Below are positions 52,961 to 64,000 of a DNA stretch of 64,000 bases, piece after piece; position 1 is the first letter of the stretch; each line of letters begins with the position of its first letter. The notes under the pieces are model-generated. The model was not told where the DNA came from and made no database searches. It saw nothing but the letters and a program-made list of their open reading frames with translations. The stretch is from the human T2T-CHM13v2.0 reference genome, Homo sapiens: the NCBI RefSeq assembly GCF_009914755.1, contig NC_060926.1; one strand, written 5' to 3'. The position numbers were made by a program, and so were the translations under genes.

Positions 52961-55900
52961 ATGGGAAAAGCTTGACAAATCATAGATGACAAGTAGCTGG
53001 AAACAAAGTGACAGAAATTTAATGTGAAGAGAGGTGAATGGAGCAGATGTAACCGTAGTGTGTTTTCTTGAAGTAGAGAAGAAGCCAACTAATGGGAGAG
53101 AAAAAAAATAAATTCGAAGTTGTCATGAAGAAAAGTTCTTTTGAAATAAAGCAAAAAATATTAATCTGAAGAAGAAAAGAGTACTGAGTGCTTGAAAAAA
53201 AATAATCTGGAATGATCAACATTAATACATGGCCTGGCAAATTATTAAATTTCTAGAGCAAGAGAAATGTTCATATGTTCAGGTACAAAGACACATAATC
53301 TGTAAGGGTGAACGGTTTTGACTGATACAGACTTCTCTACTGCGAGATAAAGTCCCAAAGAGAAAAAAATAATGCATGTACAATTGTGCAGAAAATAAAT
53401 GTGACTCAATAATAATACATCCAGTTGATATGAGTTTCAAGTATGAGGGCAATGGAGAGACAGCCTCAAACGTCAGAACTCAGGGAAATAACATTCGGTC
53501 ACTCATCTTGGAAAATCTTCCCAGTGACCAAATGCAGCTGATTCAGTGTTGAATCAGAATGCTGAGACCTGAAAATGGGAATGGCAGCAAGGAGAATGAT
53601 GGTGAGCACTTAACTAATTTACACACAGAATTAAGACTAAGCACATGTGGGAATTAAGATTATGGAACAAAATATAGTTGTATTACATCTTGACAATGTA
53701 AAAATAGTAATGTAATAATAATTTTTGGCAGGAGGGGAGGAGAGGTGAGAGGAAGTATGTGAGTACCAATTATCTCATCTTTCATGGTATTTAGTCAACA
53801 CATACTTGCGTCTAAAAATGGTATAAAGTTGCTGTCTTCAGGAGTATTACACTCCAGTGAATAAAGACAGAAAGCACTATGAAGATGTAAATAAATAATC
53901 CCTTTAGTGATAAATGCCTTAAAGGAATTAAATCAGGATAATGAGATAGCAACAAACATGGGAAGTAAGAGATAAATTGGAGTGTTTGAGAAGGCTTCTA
54001 TGAGAAACGGATTTTCTTTGTAAACGTCTAATGTACTGTTACAAAAAAGCAACTTCACTCTCCTAATGTTTTAAAAAGTATCTTCCCAATTTTTAAAGAA
54101 ATATTGTGTTTTGAGAAAAAGGCATTTGAAAAATGAATTAGTAAATCATTCAATTTTACTTGAGATTCCCTGCAAGTTTTTCTCTGTTAAATACAACTAA
54201 ATACTCTATTACAAATAACATGTATAGAGAAATACCAATAAAATATCTCTACCTACTTATCTATCTCTGAGCATCTTTCTATGTATCCTTTCATTTGTGA
54301 CAGACTTATCAGCTATCTATCAATAGAATATCAGATATATTGTTCACCAATTTTAACAGTTGTGGCTTATGAACTGTGCTAGAATTTTAAAAAACTAAGC
54401 AGTTTTACAAAAAAAAAATATTACACCCCTCCTTAAAAAAAAAAAAAACTTTTACTACTCTTTCCTATTTGCTAAACTTCCTGTACTGCTGCTGCTAACT
54501 CTTTAAGTACAAATAGCTGATTTCATCTGGTATTTTCTGTCTTTATTCAGCAGGGTTAACCTTGCATAGTTTGTGAGAGGAAATTGATATTTCTTTTAGA
54601 TATAAATTGGTTTCTTTTTGTCAGGAAAATAAGTTTGAGGACTGCAATTGACAGAATTTTTTGAGCTCAATTGTCCTACACTTGAACAAGTTACATATTC
54701 ATAAAAGATTTGATTCTAATTTAAAATAAAGAGTGGCAAACAGAAACGGAATGACAGAGAAAAATGCTTGTCTTAGGATGTGTTCTAAATAGCAAAACAA
54801 TCATTTTAGAGTAAAAACTTACTTTAGCCATTATGAAATTTTTTATATTTTTCCATGCTGAACAACCTCATAGATAGTGTCACTCAGTAAAATTGGTGTC
54901 GAATAAAAATGCTAAGCATTTCCACATGCTTTATTTTCTATATTTGTATCATGGACAAAACCAGGTAACTGTGTTCTAACTGAAGAAAAAACTGGATCGT
55001 AGACTGAAATAAACTTGGGTTTATTAAGGAGTTATATGTTAATATTATCCCATTGAAATTTTTAAAATGCAAACAAAATATATGTCTAAAGCTAAGACTC
55101 ATTTTGTTGTTCCTGGATACCTTTGCAGAAAAATAAAGAAAAAATTATACAGTATGCTTTGAGTTAATGGTGTGGGGAAGGCGCTAATTGAAAATAGTCA
55201 ATAAGAATATTATTCAATAGAATATCAGATATTTTGTGTCCTATCTGGATGGATCTTTGTAGTTCTAAAGTTTCACAGAGCTGTCCCTATATAAAACTAG
55301 AGATCATTAGCTCCAGTTGGTCAGGGAATGAGTAATCAACAAATAGTTTATTAGTAGTCAACAAATAGTTAATTATAAACTGTTATTTATAGTTAATTAT
55401 TTACTTATTTATTAAACAACAAATAGTTTATTAACACTGCTGAGGTGATAAGACATCGATAGATATTGTGTCTAATTTTTTGCCCAAGTTTGGAGCCAAA
55501 TGACAGAGAAATGAAAGCAGACAGGCAGACTTTTAAGTGTTTGCTTATTCACTATTTTCTGTGAGGAGGTGTAAGAAGTGTGTAAGAGACACAGATCATC
55601 TTAGATCTATTTGGGAACATGGGGAAGTAGGAAATAAGTGTTGTCCCTCATAATAAATAATTTTCCCATATATTTTATAGTCCAACACTTAATTTTAAAA
55701 CATTATTGAAAAACACAGCTTGTATGTATATTAAAACCTGAGATGCTAAAATACACACATACACACACACGTCTCTATCTACTTTCTTATTAAAATAAAT
55801 AATATATGAGAAATACATCTTAATTGCCAAAAGTCAAATAGGTACAGGGTAAATTAATGAAAACAAAAAGTAACAAGAATAATTACTTGTATGGCTGTGT

Positions 55901-56905
55901 CAGATTTTTCACAAGTATCTTTGTCAAACTTTATTCTCCCTTCACTTCAGAAAAATACTTTTTTTATAATGTGATATATTTTTTGACTGTAATACATAAC
56001 AATTAAATGGATTGTCAATAGAAAAGTCATAAATAAGGAATGACAGTTCATTCTGACATTAATATGAGCTTGATCCTGAGATTTTTGTCAGCCTAAGTGA
56101 CATAATTGATTGGATCTACTCAATTGTTGGAATGTGTTAGCTTGATTTTAAGAAAAACTAGATTTATTATGTTTTTCAACTGCAGTTTGTTTTTAGGGAG
56201 ACATCTGTTAAACTCAACAGCATAGAACTTAACAGAACTGGTTAAGAACGTAGCTTAGGAGGATGGTGTTTCCTTACTTGAGGAACCAAGGATGGAGGAT
56301 GTAAAGCCGTAACCTGGAGCCAGAGACAGTTGCGGGAATATCATATCATAAGGCAGTGGGAGGTACAAGGGAGCAATCAGACTGGCTGTTTGAACAAAAG
56401 GTGTCTTTCTTGCCTGAGGCTGAATTTAATGGATCCAGCTGAATATACATTTGCACTGCCTTGTATCAGAGAAACATAATATGAATCCCATGTGTGAATT
56501 GAATCTTTTAGAGAACGGAGCCATTAGTACAATGATCAGGAATGAAATTTGATACATTAATATTGAGTAATGCTTTTAGTTTCTAGAAGTAATTTATAAT
56601 ATATATATATTTTTTAATTTTTTGTAGTTGCTGGTCCAGTGTTAGGTATTTAGATAATCCTCACTACATATTAAATGAACCAATATATCAATACATGAAT
56701 AAAAATAATACCCTTCCATGATCTACCCTGCAGGGAAAGTACAATTTCTTTGTTTCTAGTGGATCCATGAATGAACAGTTCCAACCTAAAGAGACCCAAT
56801 CTGTTCTTGAAAATTCTGGACCAATATGCATTATCTTTCTGCTGGTTTATTAACTACAGTATCTCCTCTCATAGATTGACAAACCATTTGGACATGACCA
56901 GCTAC

Positions 56906-57456
56906 TGTTATAGCTCTTTTACTCTTGTAGTTTGGCGAGTAGGAATGTTAAGTTCTTTTGTAGTTCAGTGAGTTCCGAGTTCTTGTCCCACAACTGAGAG
57001 GAATGAGATATGCAGACATCAGAGAGTGGGTAAGGCAGAGTAGAACTGATTGAGTGACAGAAAAGCTCCTGGCAGTAAGAGGGGACCCGAAAGTGGGTTG
57101 CCGGCAATGAGGTTGAGTCCAGGGGCTTTTATGGGCTTGGCATGAGGAAGTGCATGCTGATTGGTTTGGGTAGGCTTGGAAAAAGCACCATTCAGAAAGA
57201 CAATGTAATCCCCATTCTGGATGATAGTGTAAAAAATCAACTGGGGGAAGGTAGGTATATGTAAAATGTGAGGAATAAGGACGAATCAGGAGAGAGTGTA
57301 CCAAACAGGAATATAAGTTCTCAATCTGGTCCATGAATTTATCCTGAATTTGTAGCTTGGTTTTTAGGCTTTAGGCTGTCCTTGGCTGGAAGGTTGAGTT
57401 TCACGGAGGTCCCGTTCCTATCTGCCTAAGAATTTGTCTGCCTCCTATCACTATAA
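56906..57456 (-). mobile_element. ERV1 solo LTR, LTR27/LTR28-like
   Basis: Minus strand starts T(T)ATAGTGATAGGAGGCAGACAAATTCTTAGGCAGATAGG and ends ...TAACA; 4-bp TSD ctac/ttac. Confidence 0.75.
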
Positions 57457-57858
57457 TTACGTATGTCTTTTGTCAGACAGTGGTTCATTCGCTTCTCATT
57501 GCCAAAAGAACTAAAGCATATTTTATTTACCAGTGTGCTTATTTTAATTCTAGATTCTTAGAAGCAGGACTACTTTTGTTGGTTCAGGTGTTTCCTCTGC
57601 AAAAAAAGTCCTTTATATCTTTCATTTCCCTCTATTCAGTGGCGATCATGGCACAATTCTTAGCAATAACCAAACCAGCCATCTTGGAGATGGAGGAAGC
57701 TTGCTAACAGTGTGTGATTTTAAAACTTAGAAATAAGTTCTGAGGCGTCTGCCCATTACCTTGATAATCGATTAATTCAAAGGCAAAGAAGTATTAAACC
57801 TCAGTTTCAATTTGATACTTTTGATGGGAGGGGATGGATACCTTTCAATTTTTTGTAA

Positions 57859-58069
57859 TTTTTTTTTTTTTGAGACAGGGTCTTGCTCTGTCACCCAGGC
57901 GGGAGTGCAGTAGCGTAAACACAGCTCACTTCAGCCTCAGCCTCCCGGGTTCAGCTGATTCTTTCACCCACAGCCTCCTGAGTAGCTGGAACTACAGGAA
58001 CCTGCCACCATGCCTGGCTAATTTTTGCATTTATTGCAGAGATAGGGTTTCACCATGTTGTCCAAGCTA
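57859..58069 (-). mobile_element. 5'-truncated AluJ
   Basis: Poly-T, gagacagggtcttgctctgtcacccagg...caccatgttgtccaagct, then Alu homology stops. Confidence 0.85.
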
Positions 58070-58199
58070 ATATTAATTTTTCTTTCTGTTACACTACCAA
58101 AATATTTATTGAAGAAAAATTTTAAAAATACAGTTAAGCTCAAAATTTTGAACTTGGTTACAAATTACTGAGATATTAATAATGAAACATTAGCATATT

Positions 58200-59850
58200 C
58201 ACTCATTAAAGGTAATTTTGGATAGATATAAATAAGCGACTATATATATTTAAATTATTCTCTTGGCAGTGGTCTAGAGTGAATAATAATCCATTTTATC
58301 CCTGATGCTAGATTTCACCATTCTTTATTAGCTAATGATAGAAGATAAGAATATCATCTTATTTTTTAAAATGTATATTTTTATGATTGCTACTTTTAGT
58401 AAACATTTGAAACATTTTTAATTGTCCTTTCTGTTTTCTTTATTTGTGAATTGTCTTTTATGTGCTTAGATTATTTCTTTTATTAAAGTCATTTTGTCCT
58501 TCAACTTGCTTTTAAACAATTTTTTACATAATTATATTAGATGTTTGTAATAAATGCTGCCATCTTTCCCAGTTTGTTTTAAGGTAATTTTGATATACAA
58601 ATGTTTTAAAATTTTAAGTAGTAAAATCCAGTAATACTTTTGTTTGTTTCTACCTTTACATTTATTATTACAAAGACATTATCTACCCAGAAAAAGAGCA
58701 CAAATATTAATTTTTTTAGTGTTTTGCCTTTTTGTTATTTTATTTACATCTTTATTCATATAGAACTTATTTTTGGGTAATAAGTGATATGAAAATCTAA
58801 ATTTGTATTTTTTACATTATTTGTTAAATTATAGCCTTGACAAAGAATTAAATTTTCATCTTACTAATAAATATGTTATAATATATGGATCTGCTTATGG
58901 ACTTTCTATTCTATTATGTTTATTTCATAAAAATTGTATATTTCTTACACTCTAATTTTCTGAAACATTTTAACATCTAATAAAACAAATCCTATTATAT
59001 TACTACCTTTATAATTTACTCTGATAAATTATTGTATCAAGTTCCAGCACAATCTCTTTTATGTAGTCACTAAATTCATCTTAGTTAGAATAATCTGGAG
59101 TCTACTGTACAAAAATATGTTCCTTTCACTTATGCAACTCTTAAAATGCCATCCATTTTTTCATATACTTCTTATTAAAGAATAGAAGTTATTTATTTTT
59201 GTGAATAGAAACTTCATTATATTGTCAAGTAATTTTTGTTAACATGTGGGAAACGCTATGTATTAGTCCATTTTCACACTGCTGATAAAGACATACCCAA
59301 GACTGGGAAGAAAAAGAGGTTTAATTGGACTTACAGTTTCACATGGCTGGGGAGGTCTCAGAATCATGGTGGGAGGCAAAGACACTTCTTACCTGGCGGC
59401 AGCAAGACAAAATGAGGAAGAAGCAAAAGCAGAAACCCCTGATAAACCCATCAGATCTCATGAGACTTATTCACTATCACGAGAATAGCATGAGGCTCCC
59501 ATGATTCAGTTACCTCCCGCTGGGTCCCTCCAACAACATGTGGGAATTCTGGGAGATACAATTCAAGCTGAGATTTGAATGAGGGCACAACCAAACCATA
59601 TTATACTGGTTTTGTAAACTTTGTTTATAATTGGCCACTTTACTAAAAATTTTTATTTAAATTGTTCTTTAGATTATTCTCTGGAGAAACTATCATATCT
59701 TTAGCAACAGTGAAAATTTTTAATATTTGTCTTACCAAAATGTGTTCTACAAATTTATATGTTTTTTTCTGTTATTGAAGTATTACTGTATTGCTACACT
59801 TTTAGAATAATACTTAAAACTGGACGTGGTGAGAAGCCTTCTTCTGGGAG
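58200..59850 (-). mobile_element. Highly degraded L1ME-like remnant
   Basis: T-rich antisense L1 ORF2/3' pattern (ttgtgaattgtcttttatgtgc, tatatggatctgcttatggactttctattcta). Confidence 0.55.
59259..59603 (-). mobile_element. THE1A-like MaLR solo LTR
   Basis: tgtattagtccattttcacactgctgataaagacatacccaagactgggaagaaaaagaggtttaattggacttacag...ccaaaccatatta. Confidence 0.9.
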
Positions 59851-61243
59851 AGTGATTGTATTAGAGAACCCTTAAAATCCAGCAGTAAATAAAAATAGAA
59901 CAAGTAGACCTAGTTTGAGGATACAAAAGTGTTCTTGTATGAGAAAAAATATGTTTTTTAAAAACACTATATTAATAGATCTAATGAGAAAATTATTTGA
60001 GTAATTTGTAAAATGTCCTGTGAGGAAATTCAATATCCTGTACAAAACTCCTGATAAACTCACAGTAAAATATTAGCTGAAACCAATAGCCAGTAGGAGG
60101 CTTAAAGAAAAAACACTAGAATTAGTGTGAACTACTATAGAAGGTTTCAACTTGCTATCTCTGCCCTTAAAGTCCATGAATGATTATCAGGGGGGTGTGT
60201 GTATAGTTAAAGTAAATGTAAAACGAAGTGTGCATATTTACACATTTTTATAGAGTTTTTTTTCTTTTCTGGGGAGCAGCTTTATAGCTCTAATCATATT
60301 CTGCAACCACTTTGATCCAAGACCAAGTGTTTAAAAATGAGAGAAAAAAAAAGAAGAAGACATAATAGAATACCTTACATTACTACTTTTTAAATATTAT
60401 CCTTGCTATGAAAGGCCATTGTAACTAGACAAGAAAATCAAATCATAAGATACTTGAATGTTTCCCTCAAGGAGCTCAGCTTCATTTAAAGATAAAATGA
60501 ATAGACTGAAAATCTGTCAAGTTTCCATAAATATTTCCTCTTTCCTGTGAGTTTTGGACAGAAGCTTGATAGCCGATCATCTGAGATTACTTTTTCTGAA
60601 GAGAATGTGGAATATGACATTGAGTTCCTAAATAATCCGAGGTCCCTCATGCTTTAGCAACTATAAAAGCCAGTGGTAAATTGATAGGTTTCCATACAAT
60701 ATTAGTTAATAAAATAAATCATCACTCTTGACTAGATTTCTTACAATGAATGTCTGAAAACAACATTTCTTTTTTTGAGATTAACCAGAAGTATGATTGT
60801 GCTTACATTACCTATGAAATATTGATTCAGAAATCAATGTATACACATACAAATGTGTATTTAAATATACCTAATTATAATATTTATTACTGCATGTAAA
60901 ACTGATGTATACCGAAGACAAAGAGACCTTTTCATACTACTACTAATAAAAATGATAATGTTTCCAGTAGTTTCACTCACCATGCAATTAATATATTTGC
61001 TGAGTGTGTTGTTGCTAAGTAACATTTTGTTTTTCTTTAAATTTATAAAGTACTTTCACATAAATTGTCATTCTCAGGTTTAGAATAAATGGTTTATTAT
61101 TGTTATAATTGTATATCTCTATAATTTACAGCCCTGCAAATGTTCTTCATTAATATTCATTGAACAATCATAAATATAATTTTCATGTTTTTAATAAAAT
61201 TGTTTCCTGGTGAAAGTTTGAAATTCTGTCCTACTTCCTGTAA

Positions 61244-61786
<543 letters not shown>

Positions 61787-62364
61787 TAGTTTAATTCAAG
61801 AAGTCCGTTAGGTGTTGGTTTCAAACTTCAGATGATGCTAACATAAACAAGAGACCCCTTCCCCAGGTCTTTACAAGATTAGTGTGTTGACTCTTCAACA
61901 GTGATGAAATAAGTAGCTGTTTCCTACTGCTTGATAGTCTTAAATCATTTTTATTTCACCTCCTTAAATCATCACCTGTACAGAGAAGCTCTCAATGACC
62001 ACATATACCTTCTCACTATTCTATGGTACTTAGGCACCTTTTGTTTTATGCCAATATTTGCAACATTATTTTTATTATAGCAAATGAATAAAATAATTCT
62101 AGTTTTGACTTCCTTCTTTTGTTAAGAATTATGAATTATTGCTCTGCCACTATACAACATTGCCACACCTTTTGTCTTTGTTGTCCTCTTTTAAGTTCTA
62201 CAAATCTTAAGGGAATGTTAGAATTGTCACTATTCTTTAACGTGCATAAGATATATGTAGTTCTAGCTGCATGGAGTGTACTATGTAAGATCTCTATGTA
62301 GTGCAGCTAGCATCTAGCACTGGACTGCTTGTTTGGAAAGGTCTATTTATTACCTTGCTGGACA

Positions 62365-62750
62365 CCAGCAAGTCGCTTGTAGATTCTGAAAGCAGACTCA
62401 GATGGAGTTTAGTTGTAGGAAGGAAAGGAAAAGGAGAGGAAAGATTACATGGGAGTAGTAGAGCTGTGATACAGGACACAGTGCATCTTGGCTTTCTCCA
62501 TAGTCAGCTGGGAACTGCTGGAGCAAAAACAACTCATCAGTGTTATGCCACACTAGGCCAAAGTGATCAGGCCTTTATAACCTGGCATCAATCGACCATT
62601 AGATGTGGATCACCCTTGGGCAAGGTGATCATATTTTCCACTGCTATGGCAATCCCTAGAGGGGCTGACGAAGCTTCCAGTAGTTTAGGTAACAAGCAAT
62701 TCTTTCAAGCCAGAATCTGTGCAGTACATTTCTGTGTCCATCCATCACAG
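62365..62750 (-). mobile_element. LTR33-like ERVL LTR remnant
   Basis: gaaagcagactcagatggagttt...gagctgtgatacag...caggcctttataacc...ggcaatccctagaggggctgac. Confidence 0.6.
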
Positions 62751-64000
62751 CAACACTATTCTAAGTATAGGCATACATATTATGGCATCATTAATCTATT
62801 GGTGGGGAGGAGATGTAGAGGGAGGAGAGGTGGGTGGAATAAAACATATGCAAATGAAAACATAGCTAAGGTTTTTAGACTAAGATAAAGTATGTGTCTT
62901 TGTATCCTCATGATTTGTATTTCAAATTCTTAAACAGATGATGATAAATGAATGATTTTGCTTGAGAATTATCCTTATTTCAATCTAGTATACTTTTTAT
63001 AATCTGATGAAAAATCAGTTGAAATTAATCCAAGAAACATGGTGTTTACAAGGATGACCAGTAGTTCAATAATCTTATTTCTCAATCAATAAAGAATTGT
63101 TGACCTAGATAATTATGAGAACACCATGACCCTAAAGCTAGAGCTATAAAATGTGTCAATAATACAGAAGTTAAAGGCGGTGGAAGTCAAGAATTAAAAG
63201 GCCAGTGAAAGATAAATTATATTAATAAAACTATAAGCATAGATTGTGGATATTCAGTCAATATAAAATATTTAAATGTATGTATCAATGTACCTTTTTG
63301 AAGAGAGTTAAGTCAGATGGGTAAATAATGTGTACCAATCATCATTTCTAATATTTTAGGCAGTAGAATTCAGACTTGCCTCTGAGGAAATACTTTAGAC
63401 ACTCATCTTGTATATTTCACTAAAGCAAATTATAGCCTTAGATTTTCACTCTGAGTTCTTTTTGAAAACAGTGTGTTTCATGGGAGAAAAAAGAAATCTA
63501 GATGTGTTCAGAGACAAAGCCAGAAGATGAAAACAAAATCTGACAGAAAGGCAAGCCACATCCTTCCTTCACAGGCACTGCATGACCCCTGATGCCACCA
63601 GCATCAGTGAAGTCCACTCTGCAGTCCTTTCTCAGGCAAGGCTCCTAAGACCTTCTCCAATGGAAGCTTGAGGAGTGTGCCCACTGCTATCAGGAAGCCT
63701 GAAGCATTCTTTGTGCAATCTGAAGAAAACTAAGTCTAATTATGTAGTCAAATGTTTTGGTTAAATGCCCTACTCTTCGTTCTAATTATCACCTATCCCA
63801 AAGGCTAGAGCTTCACTTTACAAAAAACAGAAAGAACAAGGTTAACTTTCCCTCCCAAACCTCTTCACAGATGAGAAAACACACAGCTGGAATCCTCCAC
63901 ACACTTAACTGCAGTATTTATCAACATAATTTGCTGTTTATCTAAATAGAAATTCACACAAAACTAACAAACACCCTTGAGAAAAAAAAAATGTAGTCAC

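Noticed and set aside
55335-55435. Three copies of caacaaatagtt
   Set aside because: Consistent with slippage at an AT-rich L2 3' end; no further structure.
62301-62888. 195-aa ORF
   Set aside because: Non-ATG start, overlaps an LTR33-like remnant and has no recognisable domain.
63540-63740. GC-richer unique patch with acceptor-like sites on both strands
   Set aside because: No convincing paired donor or reading frame; insufficient to call an exon.

Overview
Repeat-dense, AT-rich, CpG-depleted primate genomic DNA. AluY plus an L1PA3-type LINE-1 points to an ape or human genome. I see no recognisable host protein-coding gene. The ORF track is explained by L1 ORF1/ORF2/ORF0 remnants, THE1-internal remnants, Alu/simple-repeat artefacts and chance ORFs. 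Main contents: a full-length but dead L1PA3-type element (~29.9-36.1 kb, minus) that keeps the 129-bp ZNF93-target segment and an open antisense ORF0; an internally deleted L1PB that splits a MIR; a THE1D provirus with a collapsed 3' LTR; MLT2A1 and MLT2A2 solo LTRs; several other solo LTRs; 10 Alus; MER5A and Tigger2a DNA transposons; and many MIR/L2/L1M relics. I cannot support a new multi-gene system here. The least-explained features are a 41-bp-arm inverted repeat at 39.1-39.3 kb, a ~62-bp HERV-W LTR17 terminal fragment flanked by 6-bp direct repeats at 39.44-39.50 kb, a tailless tRNA-Ile fragment, an MLT2A1 with an apparently intact promoter/splice-donor module, and a few candidate minus-strand exons. 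Subfamily calls come from recalled consensus sequences and need RepeatMasker/Dfam confirmation. Old-repeat boundaries are approximate.
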